64,000 nucleotides of DNA from Acidimicrobiia bacterium (GCA_036396535.1 DASWKR010000083.1:17492-81491), one strand, 5' to 3'. Counted from the first letter of the stretch, positions 1-9,788 are shown. Translations and numbers: made by a program. The notes: generated from the letters alone by a model not told the origin.

Positions 1-2
1 GC

Positions 3-308
3 AAGCGCCTCGCCGCCGCCGTCGCGGCGGACCTGGGGCTCGTCACCGACGCCATGGATGAGCTCGACTGGGAAGACGAGCTTCGGGTGATCATCGAGGA
101 GAGAGCCAGTTTCTCGCCGGACGGGCTCACCGGTATGGAGGCCAACCTGCGGTTTCCCGGTCCCGAGACCCTGGAGACGAAGATCTTCGGCCGGCTGACG
201 GCGTGGCAGAACTGGGTCTTCCAGCGTCCCAATGCCTCAGGCGAAAGCGGAGCGCTGCGACGCTACGGGACCGGGATCCGGCCGGACTTCGACAAGAGGA
301 GGGTTTGA
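3..308 (+). CDS. boxC: Benzoyl-CoA-dihydrodiol/2,3-epoxybenzoyl-CoA dihydrolase BoxC, C-terminal part (truncated by window start)
   Basis: Open frame from base 3; DWEDELRVIIEERASFSPDGLTGMEANLRFPGPETLETKIFGRLTAWQNWVFQRPNA matches the BoxC C-terminus; directly upstream of boxB. Confidence 0.88.
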   Translation, partial: KRLAAAVAADLGLVTDAMDELDWEDELRVIIEERASFSPDGLTGMEANLRFPGPETLETKIFGRLTAWQNWVFQRPNASGESGALRRYGTGIRPDFDKRRV

Positions 309-309
309 G

Positions 310-1752
310 ATGACGTCTCATGCGGTCGACTACGACACGCGGATCCCGAACAACGTCGGTCTGGCCCACGACCCCAAGCTGCTGCGCGCCCTCGAGCAGT
401 GGCACCCCGGCTACCTTGACTGGTGGATGTCGATGGGCCCCGAGGGCTTCCAGGCGGCCGACGTGTTCCTGCGGACCGCCGTGAGCGTCGAGAACGACGG
501 TTGGGCGAAGTTCTCGTACGTGAAGATGCCCGACTATCGATGGGGAATCCTCCTCGCCCCGCCCGTCGACGGCCGGGTGATCCCTTGCGGCGAGCACGTC
601 GGCGAGCCGGCGTGGCAGGAGGTCCCCGGCGAGTACAGGGCGATGCTGCGCAGGCTCATCGTCATCCAGGGCGACACCGAGCCTGCCTCGGTCGAGCAGC
701 AGCGCCATCTCGGGGCGACCGCCCCCTCGCTCTACGACATGCGAAACCTGTTCCAGGTGAACGTCGAGGAGGGCAGGCACCTGTGGGCGATGGTGTATCT
801 CCTCCAGAAGTACTTCGGCAGGGACGGGCGTGAGGAAGCGCACGAGCTCCTCGCCAGGCAGTCCGGCAGCGCCGAGAAGCCGAGGATGCTCGGGGCATTC
901 AACGAGGAGACCCCGGACTGGCTCTCGTTCTTCATGTTCACGTTCTTCACGGACCGCGACGGGAAGATGCAGCTCGAGGCGCTCGCCCAGTCCGGCTTCG
1001 ACCCGCTCTCCCGAACCTGCCGTTTCATGCTCGCCGAAGAGGCTCACCACATGTTCGTCGGCTACACCGGCGTGAAGAGGATCGTGGAAGCGACGGCACA
1101 GGCGATGGCCGACGCCGGCATCGACGACCCGTACGACATCGAGGCAGTCCGCAGCCTCGGGGTGATCGACCTGCCGACCATCCAGCGAAAGACGAACCTG
1201 CACTTCTCGCTCACCCTCGACCTGTTCGGCTCCGAGGAGTCGACCAATGCCGCCAACTTCTTCAACGCAGGGATCAAGGGCCGGTACCACGAGGACAGGC
1301 TCGACGACGACCACCAGCTGCGCGGCGCCACGTATCCGGTGATGAGGCTCGTCGACGGGGAACTGCGCAACGTGGACGTCCCTGCCCTCAACGGGTTGAA
1401 CGCCAGACTGCGCGACGACTTCATCGACGACTGCCAAGGGGGCGTCACCAGATGGAACAGGGAGATCGCCGGGCGCGGCATCGACTTCGAGATCACGCTG
1501 CCGCACGTTGCCTTCAACAGGGCGATCGGCGAGCTGGCGGACGTCGCCGCCACCCCGGACGGCCGGGTGATCGAAGAAGAGGAGCTGGCGGCGAGGAAGC
1601 ATGATTGGCTGCCCAGCACGGAGGACAAGACCTTCATCGAGAGCCTGATGCATCCCCGATTCGAACCGGGCGAGTTCGCACGCTGGATCGCCCCGCCCTC
1701 GCGCGGCATCCAGAACAAGCCCATCGACTACCTCTACGTGAAGCTGCCGTGA
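310..1752 (+). CDS. boxB: Benzoyl-CoA 2,3-epoxidase subunit BoxB (diiron)
   Basis: IPNNVGL, QGDTEPASVEQQR, NVEEGRHLWAMVYLL, EEAHHMFVG diiron ExxH motifs; ATG at 310 follows the boxC stop. Confidence 0.93.
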   Translation: MTSHAVDYDTRIPNNVGLAHDPKLLRALEQWHPGYLDWWMSMGPEGFQAADVFLRTAVSVENDGWAKFSYVKMPDYRWGILLAPPVDGRVIPCGEHVGEPAWQEVPGEYRAMLRRLIVIQGDTEPASVEQQRHLGATAPSLYDMRNLFQVNVEEGRHLWAMVYLLQKYFGRDGREEAHELLARQSGSAEKPRMLGAFNEETPDWLSFFMFTFFTDRDGKMQLEALAQSGFDPLSRTCRFMLAEEAHHMFVGYTGVKRIVEATAQAMADAGIDDPYDIEAVRSLGVIDLPTIQRKTNLHFSLTLDLFGSEESTNAANFFNAGIKGRYHEDRLDDDHQLRGATYPVMRLVDGELRNVDVPALNGLNARLRDDFIDDCQGGVTRWNREIAGRGIDFEITLPHVAFNRAIGELADVAATPDGRVIEEEELAARKHDWLPSTEDKTFIESLMHPRFEPGEFARWIAPPSRGIQNKPIDYLYVKLP

Positions 1753-2360
1753 TCCACGAGGCGCCGGTCCAACGGCACCCGGGCGGCCGGAGGGCGGAGA
1801 TCACACGAGCCGCCTACCGGGTGATGGCCAGGAGCGGCGTCCATCGGGCTTCCCTGAACATGGTCGCCAGGGAGGCCGGGGTCTCGAAGGCGTTGCTGCT
1901 CTACCACTTCGGGACGAAGGACAACCTGGTCTTGGCGGCGTTGCAGTGGGTCCTGGCGGCCACCGCATCGCGCATCCGCGCCTCGATGGAGGGAGCGACC
2001 GACGGCCGCGACGCCATCTCGCGCCTCCTCGACGCCGTCTGGGTGGGGCCCGAGCAGAACCGCGACTTCTTCCGGTTCTACTTGGACGGCGTCGAGCACC
2101 AGACGCGCCTGGCGAACTTCGAGTGGCTCGGCGCCACTGCCCGCGAGACGATCAACGGCCATTACCGCGAGGTCATCGAGGCAGGGGCAGCCGCCGGGGT
2201 GTTCTCCGTGGACGACGTTGCCGCAGCGGCGACCCAGATGCGGGCGGTGATCGAGGGCATGTTCCTGCAGTGGCTCCAATCCGTCGAGTGGGCCACGAAC
2301 CATGACGCCTATCGCGACGAATGCCGGCGGGCGGTGCTCGTGCTGCTCCGGGCCGCCTGA
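1749..2360 (+). CDS. TetR/AcrR family transcriptional regulator
   Basis: HTH ASLNMVAREAGVSKALLLYHFGTKDNL; GTG overlaps the boxB stop (GTGA). Confidence 0.88.
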   Translation: MIHEAPVQRHPGGRRAEITRAAYRVMARSGVHRASLNMVAREAGVSKALLLYHFGTKDNLVLAALQWVLAATASRIRASMEGATDGRDAISRLLDAVWVGPEQNRDFFRFYLDGVEHQTRLANFEWLGATARETINGHYREVIEAGAAAGVFSVDDVAAAATQMRAVIEGMFLQWLQSVEWATNHDAYRDECRRAVLVLLRAA

Positions 2361-2363
2361 GCG

Positions 2364-2753
2364 TCAGGTCCCCTCGAGAGCGCGCCTGACGTCATCCGGC
2401 AAGGGTGCCGGGCGCTTCGTCTCGCCGTCGATGAACACGGTGACGATGCGACCCGTGGCGACAGGTCCCGCCGGCCCGGCGACGGCGACGTCGTATGTGA
2501 TGGAGCTCGTCCCGAGCGCGGCCACGCTGAGGGTGACGTCCACCTCGTCGTCGAACTCGAGCGGGCTCTCGAAGTCGAACTCGATGTGGGCACGAGGCGT
2601 TGCCCCGAAGGTGACTTGCTTGATCCCGAGGCGCCCGTGGAGATCTGCCTCGGCGGCCTCCGCGAGCCTGATCACCGTCGAGTAGTGCCAGATGCCTGCT
2701 GCGTCGGTGTCCATCCACTCGACACGGCGCCGGATCGTGGTCGACGGCTTCAC
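2364..2753 (-). CDS. Acyl-CoA thioesterase (4-hydroxybenzoyl-CoA thioesterase-like hotdog fold)
   Basis: RVEWMDTDAAGIWHYS motif; GAGGAGGAG RBS before GTG; overlaps the upstream hydrolase stop. Confidence 0.85.
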   Translation of the reverse strand: MKPSTTIRRRVEWMDTDAAGIWHYSTVIRLAEAAEADLHGRLGIKQVTFGATPRAHIEFDFESPLEFDDEVDVTLSVAALGTSSITYDVAVAGPAGPVATGRIVTVFIDGETKRPAPLPDDVRRALEGT

Positions 2754-3544
2754 GCTCTCCTCCTCATGACGAACTCGGCGACCGCACCCACGACGGCGGC
2801 CGGCTGGGCCAGGTGCGGCGAGTGGCCGCAACCGGGGAGGATCAGGGTATCGACGTCGCCGGCGATCCCGCGCTCGATCGCCCTGATCTGCAAAGCCGTC
2901 CCGAACTCGTCGTCTGCGCCCTGCACGGCGAGGACGGGGCCGCGGATGGCGGATAGGTGCCCTTCGATGTTCCAGGCGCGGAACCCGGGGCTGAGCCACA
3001 CGTCCCGCCACGAGGTGAAGGTGGCAACGGGATCTCGGTGGTAACGGAGCATCCGCTCGGCCAGCGCGCCCTCCTCGAAACGCCGCGACGCCTCCTCGAT
3101 ACCGGCGATCGTGACGTCCTCGACGAGCACGTGCGGGGCGATGAGCACGAGGCCGGACACCGGGTGACCCGAACCGGCGTGGATCAGACCGATCGAGGCG
3201 CCGTCGGAGTGACCGACGAGCCACGGGGCGACGATGCCGAAGCGGGCCAGCAGCTTTGGCAGGACGACGAGCGCCTCGTGATCCATGAAGTCGAGCGGGC
3301 GCGGCGCTTCGACGGGATCCGACCAGCCGTACCCGGCGCGGCTGTAGACGATGGCGGGCCGCCGGGTGGCGTCCGACAGCATGCCCGGGAATTCGCGCCA
3401 CAGCTCGACGCTCCCCAGACCCTCATGGAGGAACACGAGCGGTGTGGCGCCGGCCCATCCGGCCCCGAGCCGCCGAACCTCGAGCGACCTGCCGTCGACG
3501 GTGACGTTCTCGCCTGGCATGTCCTGCGCCACGGCGGCGATCAT
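2750..3544 (-). CDS. Alpha/beta hydrolase (type often found in box clusters, putative lactonase)
   Basis: VFLHEGLGSVELWREFP, GHSDG nucleophile elbow, GADDEFG, CGHSPH; start uncertain (3544, 3532 or 3520). Confidence 0.85.
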   Translation of the reverse strand: MIAAVAQDMPGENVTVDGRSLEVRRLGAGWAGATPLVFLHEGLGSVELWREFPGMLSDATRRPAIVYSRAGYGWSDPVEAPRPLDFMDHEALVVLPKLLARFGIVAPWLVGHSDGASIGLIHAGSGHPVSGLVLIAPHVLVEDVTIAGIEEASRRFEEGALAERMLRYHRDPVATFTSWRDVWLSPGFRAWNIEGHLSAIRGPVLAVQGADDEFGTALQIRAIERGIAGDVDTLILPGCGHSPHLAQPAAVVGAVAEFVMRRRA

Positions 3545-3573
3545 ACGAGGCCACCCGGTACCATCGAGCACCG

Positions 3574-5106
3574 ATGCAGACGGGATCGAACACGAGCACG
3601 CTGATCGATGGATGGCTCGACGCCGGCTGGGCCGACCGGACCGTCCTCGTGACGGCCGAAGACGAAGCCTGGACGGCCGAGCGCCTCCATGCGGCCGTCT
3701 GTCGCGTCGGACGCCGCCTGGCGAGCGCCGGAATCGGTCGTGGAGACCGCATCCTGCTCGTTCTCGACGACACTCCCGCCTTCCCATCGGTGTTCTTGGG
3801 CGCCATGCGGATCGGGGCCGTCCCGGTGCCGGTGAACTTCCTCGCCAGACCGGACGACTTCGGCTATTTCCTCGACGACTCGGCCGCCAAGCTCGCCGTC
3901 GTCGACGGCGCCTTCCTCGAGAAGGTCACACCGCAGCTGGCCGGGCGCCCGGGCGTGCGACTTGCCGTCGCCAACGGCCCGGGCGACTGGTCCGTCGACG
4001 ACTGGATAGCCTCGGGCGACTCCGAGCTCGATCCGGCAGATTCCGAGGACTCCGACCAGGCGTTCTGGTTGTACAGCTCCGGATCCACCGGCAACCCGAA
4101 GGGCGTGGTCCACACGCACGGGGACATCGCTGCCACCTGCAAGCTGTACGCCGAGCCGGTCCTCGGCATCGGTCCGGACGACGTCACGTTCTCGACGACG
4201 AAGATGTTCCATGCGTACGGCCTGGGCAACAACCTGTCGTTCCCGCTGTGGAGCGGGGCAACTGCCGTCTATTTGACGGGCAGGCCGACCTCCGACCGGA
4301 TCCTGGAGAGAGTGGCGTCGCAGCGCCCGACGCTCTTCTTCACCGTTCCTGCGCTCTACAACGCGCTGCTGGCCGACCCCGGCTTCGGAGACGTCGATTG
4401 GGGATCCGTGAGGCTCGGCGTATCTGCCGCCGAGCCCCTGCCCCCCGAGATATGGAGGCGTTTTCACGACAGAACCGGGATCGAGATCCTCGACGGCGTC
4501 GGCTCGACGGAGATGCTCCACATCTATTGCTCGAACCGTGCGGGCGCGGTTCGCACCGGAACATCGGGTACCGCGGTCGCCGGGTACGACATCGAGGTCC
4601 GCGACCCCGACGGCAGGCCATGCCAGGCGGGTGAAGCCGGCGAGATGTGGGTGCGGGGCCCGAGCGCCCTCAGCTCGTACTGGAACCAGCCGCAACGCAC
4701 CGCCGCCAAGATCCGAAACGGATGGTTCGCGTCCGGCGACCGGTACCACATGGACGAGGACGGTTTCTGCACCTACGAGGGCCGCGTCGACGACATGATG
4801 AAGGTCGGAGGCCTCTGGGTGAGCCCGATCGAGATCGAGAACCGCCTCATGGAGCACCCGGCAGTACGCGAGGCCGCCGTCGTCGGCGTCGAGATCGACC
4901 ACCTCTCGCGGATCAAGGCGGTCCTCATCCCCGCCGAGCCCCCTGCCGCGGACGACCTCGTCCCCGAGTTGCAGGAGTGGTGCAAGGCTGGTTTGCAGCG
5001 GTACCAGTACCCGCACGTCGTCGAGTTCGTCGACGACTTTCCGAGAACGGCGACCGGGAAGATCCAACGCTTCAAGCTCAGGGAGACGCGTGCCTCTGTC
5101 GATTGA
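3574..5106 (+). CDS. Benzoate-CoA ligase family protein
   Basis: YSSGSTGNPKG AMP-binding loop, KMFHAYGLGN, DGVGSTEMLHIY, RTATGKIQRFKLR; adjacent to box genes. Confidence 0.9.
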   Translation: MQTGSNTSTLIDGWLDAGWADRTVLVTAEDEAWTAERLHAAVCRVGRRLASAGIGRGDRILLVLDDTPAFPSVFLGAMRIGAVPVPVNFLARPDDFGYFLDDSAAKLAVVDGAFLEKVTPQLAGRPGVRLAVANGPGDWSVDDWIASGDSELDPADSEDSDQAFWLYSSGSTGNPKGVVHTHGDIAATCKLYAEPVLGIGPDDVTFSTTKMFHAYGLGNNLSFPLWSGATAVYLTGRPTSDRILERVASQRPTLFFTVPALYNALLADPGFGDVDWGSVRLGVSAAEPLPPEIWRRFHDRTGIEILDGVGSTEMLHIYCSNRAGAVRTGTSGTAVAGYDIEVRDPDGRPCQAGEAGEMWVRGPSALSSYWNQPQRTAAKIRNGWFASGDRYHMDEDGFCTYEGRVDDMMKVGGLWVSPIEIENRLMEHPAVREAAVVGVEIDHLSRIKAVLIPAEPPAADDLVPELQEWCKAGLQRYQYPHVVEFVDDFPRTATGKIQRFKLRETRASVD

Positions 5107-5125
5107 CGGCGCCGGCCGGGCCGAC

Positions 5126-6013
5126 TCAGCCGAAGACGATCGCTCCGGTCGCGTATAGGACCGCGACGAAGAGCTGGAGGCGCGCCGTGCCCTCGAGGAC
5201 AGGGATGAGCGCCCTGCCCTGGCGCGCTCGCAGGGTGGCGGCGAGCGGGACGGTGAGCGGGATCGCCAGCAGGGCGAGGAGCGTCCCCGCCGGGGCGTCA
5301 CCGAGCAGGACCGCTGCCGTCACCGACGCGAATGCTGCCGCCAGTGACGCCGCGAACAGCTGCTCGTTCCGCGATCGGCCGAGCACGACCGCCAGGGTCC
5401 GCTTGCCGGCGGCGGCGTCCGTCGCCATGTCCCGAACGTTGTTCGCCACGAGGATCGCAGCCGCCAGGAATCCCATGGCGGCTCCGGCGAACCAGGACCC
5501 CGAGGAAGCGGCGCCGGTGTGGGCGTAGTACGTGCCCACCGTCGCCACGAAGCCGAAGAAGACCAGGACGAACAGCTCACCCAGCGCCCGGTATCCGTAC
5601 GGAACCGGGCCGCCGGTGTAGCCGAGGGCGGCGACCATCGACGCCGCTCCGATGACGATGACCGGCCAGCCTCGCAGCGTGTAGATGTACAGCCCTGCAG
5701 CCGCGGCGGTGCCGAACATGACGGCGATCCCGAGTCGCATCCTCTCCGGTGAGATGAGTCCCGACGCCACCGCCCGGGCCGGTCCCACGCGATCCGCCGT
5801 GTCGGCCCCCCGGGCTGCGTCTGCGACGTCGTTGGCGAAGTTGACGCCGATCTGGAGGGCAACGGCGACGACTGCCGATGCGGCGAGCGCGTCCCATCGG
5901 AAGCCGTTGCCACGGGCAAGCCCGCCGGCGACGATGACCGGTGCTATTCCTGCCCAGAGGGTGGCCGGTCTTGCTGCGAGTACCCAGGGACGTAGGCCGG
6001 TGGCGGCGCTCAT
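5126..6013 (-). CDS. menA: 1,4-dihydroxy-2-naphthoate polyprenyltransferase
   Basis: AARPATL, NFANDVAD, YTGGPVPYGY, NNVRDMATDAAAGKRTLAV; multi-TM UbiA fold. Confidence 0.88.
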   Translation of the reverse strand: MSAATGLRPWVLAARPATLWAGIAPVIVAGGLARGNGFRWDALAASAVVAVALQIGVNFANDVADAARGADTADRVGPARAVASGLISPERMRLGIAVMFGTAAAAGLYIYTLRGWPVIVIGAASMVAALGYTGGPVPYGYRALGELFVLVFFGFVATVGTYYAHTGAASSGSWFAGAAMGFLAAAILVANNVRDMATDAAAGKRTLAVVLGRSRNEQLFAASLAAAFASVTAAVLLGDAPAGTLLALLAIPLTVPLAATLRARQGRALIPVLEGTARLQLFVAVLYATGAIVFG

Positions 6014-6813
6014 CCGGCGATGATCGCACCGTCGGGGCGCGCACCCTGCGCGTCTTCCAACGGGACCAGCGCCAGTCCGGGGCCGGCGACAGGTAGCACG
6101 ACGCGCTCGGGGCCTCCGGTGACGTCGACGAGGCGGAAGCGGAGCTCGGCAGCTGCATCCACCCCTCCGAGGTCGGCGAGTGGGATGGCGAACTCGACGC
6201 GGCTTCCGTCGAATCCGGCAGGGTGCGCCCCGCCCTGGTAGATCACGAGCCCTTCGTATTCGACGGCGTCTCCGATGACGATCGGATGCACGCCGCGCCA
6301 CGAGACGACGTGTGAGGCTTCGAACCCGAGGAACGTGCCGGCCGGGGTGAGGCCGAAGGATCCGGCGCCTGCCGTCCCGATGTACAGGTCGAATCCGGCG
6401 CCGTCGTCGCCGAGAACCTCCTCTGCGAAATCGACCCTCACGACCATGCGGTCGCGGTCGAAGCCGTAGTGGAGTGCCTCGATGGAATGACTCGGGAAAC
6501 GGTAGAGACCGGCGGAGGCCCATTCGCCTTCGTCGATTGTCGTGTCGATGCTCACTCGCACATGGTCGGCGGGGGGCACGTCAGGCTCGACCGCTGGGAG
6601 GACGAGGCTCAGATCCGGCTCCGCCGCCGCTGCCTGCCCGTTCGAGGAGGGCGGAGTCTCGTGGGGAAGCGGCTCGATCGCCGTAGCGACCGTGGTCGTG
6701 ACCGGCTGCCGAGGCGACGGCGGCGATGTCGTATCGGCTGCGACCCGTCCGCATGCCGCCGGGAGCACGGCGAGGGCGAAGGCTGCCACGAGGATCGGGT
6801 TGCGGTGGTTCAT
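6010..6813 (-). CDS. Hypothetical lipoprotein with beta-sandwich (possibly carbohydrate-binding) domain
   Basis: Signal peptide with lipobox-like LPAAC, Pro/Thr linker, then a beta-rich domain (IDEGEW...LHYGFDRDRMVVRVDF...VEFAIPLADL). Confidence 0.55.
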   Translation of the reverse strand: MNHRNPILVAAFALAVLPAACGRVAADTTSPPSPRQPVTTTVATAIEPLPHETPPSSNGQAAAAEPDLSLVLPAVEPDVPPADHVRVSIDTTIDEGEWASAGLYRFPSHSIEALHYGFDRDRMVVRVDFAEEVLGDDGAGFDLYIGTAGAGSFGLTPAGTFLGFEASHVVSWRGVHPIVIGDAVEYEGLVIYQGGAHPAGFDGSRVEFAIPLADLGGVDAAAELRFRLVDVTGGPERVVLPVAGPGLALVPLEDAQGARPDGAIIAG

Positions 6814-6823
6814 GTGTCCGACC

Positions 6824-8779
6824 TCAGTCGAGGCCCAGGTTCCTCAAGAATGCGTCGCTGGACGGCTCGCGGCCCAGGAAGGCCCGCAGATGGTCCATGG
6901 CGTCCCTCGCCCCGCCTCTGGCCAGCACCTCGGTCCGATAGCGGGCGCCGACGACAGGATCGAGCACTCCGGCCTCCTCGAAGGCGGCGAACATGTCGTC
7001 CCCGTACACCTTCGACCACAGGTAGCCGTAATACCCGGCGTCGTAGCCACCCATGAGGTGACCGAAGCTCGCAGGTGAGAACGTGCCCTCGTGGAACGGG
7101 AGCTGGGTGTACGCATAAGCCTCTCGTTGGGCGGCGTCGAGGTCCTTGGCGCCGGTGTTGGCGTGGAGGGCCAGGTCGAACATTCCGAGCGACACCTGGC
7201 GAATGCTGAACAGGCCGGTGTTCAGGTCACGTGCCGCGATGAGCCTGTCGACGAGCTCGGTCGGGATCGGCTCTCCCGTCTCGTGATGCCTGGCGAAGCG
7301 TTGCAGCACCTCGGGGCGCCACATCCAGTGCTCCATGATCTGGGATGGCGCCTCGACGAAGTCCCATTCGGTGTCGAACCCGGAGAAGCGGATGAGGTCG
7401 ACCGTTGTCAGGCAGAAGTGGAGGACGTGCCCGAACTCGTGGAAGAGCGTGATGGCCTCGTCGTGGGTGAGGAGAGAAGGCCGGTCGGCGGTCGGTTTCG
7501 TGAAGTTGCAGAGGATGGCTGCCACCGGCTTGCGGTACGTAGCGTCCGGGAGCGCCTTGCCGTACACGAGCGGGAAGGCGGCCGCGTGTCCGAACTTGCC
7601 GGACCGCGGGAACAAGTCGGCGTGGAAGTACGCCATCGCCTCATCCCGTGCCCGGTCGCGGATCTCGAAGACCATCACGTCCTGGTGCCACGTGGAGGCG
7701 TCGTCGAGCCTCCGGTAGTCGAGGCCGAGGACGTCGCCCGTGATGTCGAACATGCCGTCGATCGTCGCCTCGAGCTCGAAGTACGCCGACACCTCGACCG
7801 GATCGACGCCGTGATCACTCTTGCGCTGCTGGGTGTGGTGATAGGTCCAGTCCCAGGACTGCATCGTGTCGCCGGGGTATTCGATCTCGTGGCGGGCTTG
7901 GAGCACGTCGCGCTCCTGCTGGGCCTTTTTCGTGAGCCCCGGGACGATCCCGTCGTAGAAGCCGAACACGGCGTCGGGCGTCTTGGCCATCTTCACCTCG
8001 ATGGCGTAGTGCGCCCAGGTCGCATACCCGAGCACCTCGGCGATCTCGTCGCGGATGCGCACCGCCTCCTCGAGAAGCGGCCGATTGTCCGTCACCGCCC
8101 GGTTCCAGAACTTGAACTGGAGCGCCTGCCTCAGGTCGCGCCGATTCGACTGCTCCATGAACGGCCGGTAGTCCGGGTACGCCATCGTGACCTTCTTCGT
8201 GCCCGGCTCGTCGCCGTCCTCGAGGCGGGCGACGTAGTCCTCCGGGAGCCCCTCGAGGTCATCGATTCCTGCGACGATCCAGTCCTCGTAGGCGTCGAGG
8301 TTGGTGGCGAAGTGGACCTCCAGCTCGACGAGACGCTCCTGGAGCTGCTGGAGACGGGCCCGTTCGGCATCGGGGAGCTCGTGGCCCGCCCTGCGAAGAT
8401 CTCGCTTCCAGAAGTCGAGGAGGCGGCGCTTCGTGCCCGTGAGAGCCGCCGCTTCATCCGTCGTGTCGTACCCCGTCACGGCCTCGTAGAGTCCTCGCCT
8501 GAAGACCAGGTCGGTGCGCCATTTGGCGAGCCGCTCCTCGAGCTCGATCGCCGCCGCCCTCACCTCCGGGTCGGGATGCGCTCTCGCCAAGAAGGGTCCG
8601 ACTCCGTAAGCGTCGGCGACGAGAGTCGCCGCCTCCTCGAGCGGCGACAGCGAGTTCTCGAAGGTGCGGATGGCGCCGGCGGACTCGGCGCCGGCAACCA
8701 GGTCGTCGGCGTCGGAGAGCGCCTGGTCGACGGCGCGCCGCATCGAGTGCGGCGTGATCTCGGAGTAATCGGTCAGCAT
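6824..8779 (-). CDS. M3 family metallopeptidase (thimet oligopeptidase/oligopeptidase A-like)
   Basis: HEFGH zinc motif, DFVEAPSQIME, GYDAGYYGYLWS. Confidence 0.93.
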   Translation of the reverse strand: MLTDYSEITPHSMRRAVDQALSDADDLVAGAESAGAIRTFENSLSPLEEAATLVADAYGVGPFLARAHPDPEVRAAAIELEERLAKWRTDLVFRRGLYEAVTGYDTTDEAAALTGTKRRLLDFWKRDLRRAGHELPDAERARLQQLQERLVELEVHFATNLDAYEDWIVAGIDDLEGLPEDYVARLEDGDEPGTKKVTMAYPDYRPFMEQSNRRDLRQALQFKFWNRAVTDNRPLLEEAVRIRDEIAEVLGYATWAHYAIEVKMAKTPDAVFGFYDGIVPGLTKKAQQERDVLQARHEIEYPGDTMQSWDWTYHHTQQRKSDHGVDPVEVSAYFELEATIDGMFDITGDVLGLDYRRLDDASTWHQDVMVFEIRDRARDEAMAYFHADLFPRSGKFGHAAAFPLVYGKALPDATYRKPVAAILCNFTKPTADRPSLLTHDEAITLFHEFGHVLHFCLTTVDLIRFSGFDTEWDFVEAPSQIMEHWMWRPEVLQRFARHHETGEPIPTELVDRLIAARDLNTGLFSIRQVSLGMFDLALHANTGAKDLDAAQREAYAYTQLPFHEGTFSPASFGHLMGGYDAGYYGYLWSKVYGDDMFAAFEEAGVLDPVVGARYRTEVLARGGARDAMDHLRAFLGREPSSDAFLRNLGLD

Positions 8780-8822
8780 CGGGGCGCCAGCGTAGCCAGG
8801 GGCTCGATTTGTCAGACCGGCG

Positions 8823-9788
8823 TCAGCCGGCCAGTCCCACGGTCACGAGCAGGGGAAGGTGGTCGGCGCCGAGGTTGGGCCCCGTGGCGCGCGCCATGGT
8901 CGTCAGCTCTCTGCTGTGGAGCATGTGGTCGAGCGGCAGGTTGAGCCCGAACGGCATCTGGGCGGGCCACGATGGTTGGATCCCGTACCCGTCGAGCGAG
9001 TTGACCAGGTCGGCATCGCCTGCCAGCTGACGGAAGGTGTGCGTCCAGGGCGTGTCTCCGAGGTCGCCCATCACGACGACGGGCAGCAGCTCGCCGGAGG
9101 CGGCCTCGGCCAGCTCCTCGAGTACCTCGGCGTGCTGGACGGCGGCGGTCTCGGTGTTCGCCGCCTTGACGCGCACCGCATACACGACGATGTCCTCGCC
9201 TGCGACGTTCGTCTCGACCCTCACCACCGGCTCCCTGACCCTGCCGAGGCGCATGAGCGACACGTCGGCATCCATCTTGGAGAGAACCAGGATGCCGCTG
9301 CGCCTGTCGACAGGGAGCTCGTTGACCACGTCGAACGTCGAGCTCCGCAGCGGCCCCTCCCAGTCCTCGGACGACTCGAGCAGGAACACGATGTCGGCCG
9401 TCGTCTGGTCGAGCCATGTCACCACCTCGGGCATCCTCCGACCGATCGACTCGACGTTGTAGCTGACGAGCGTGAGCCCGGCGTCGCTCGCCGCCGCGGC
9501 CGGCTGCCTCAGGTAGAGCGGGACCACGACGCCGATGTTCACGAGAGCGAGGACGATGAAGAGGAGAGCCGCCCCCCTCGCCAGCACCAGTCCGTAGAGC
9601 AAGCCACAGACGAGCAGGATGGCGGCGTACTGGACTCGGAAGCTGGCCAGGGCGTCGAACGCCCACCAGAACGACCCGAGGAAGCCGAGGATCGTGCCGA
9701 GGGTCGCCAGGAAGCCGACGGTCAGCAGGATGAGGCCGACAGTCGTCTTGAATCCGCTGTTGACCATCGACCTTCTGCGCACGGCCAT
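8823..9788 (-). CDS. Membrane-anchored endonuclease/exonuclease/phosphatase family protein
   Basis: Three N-terminal TMs, LVSYNV, MGDLGDTPW, LDHMLHS, ADHLPL motifs. Confidence 0.82.
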   Translation of the reverse strand: MAVRRRSMVNSGFKTTVGLILLTVGFLATLGTILGFLGSFWWAFDALASFRVQYAAILLVCGLLYGLVLARGAALLFIVLALVNIGVVVPLYLRQPAAAASDAGLTLVSYNVESIGRRMPEVVTWLDQTTADIVFLLESSEDWEGPLRSSTFDVVNELPVDRRSGILVLSKMDADVSLMRLGRVREPVVRVETNVAGEDIVVYAVRVKAANTETAAVQHAEVLEELAEAASGELLPVVVMGDLGDTPWTHTFRQLAGDADLVNSLDGYGIQPSWPAQMPFGLNLPLDHMLHSRELTTMARATGPNLGADHLPLLVTVGLAG

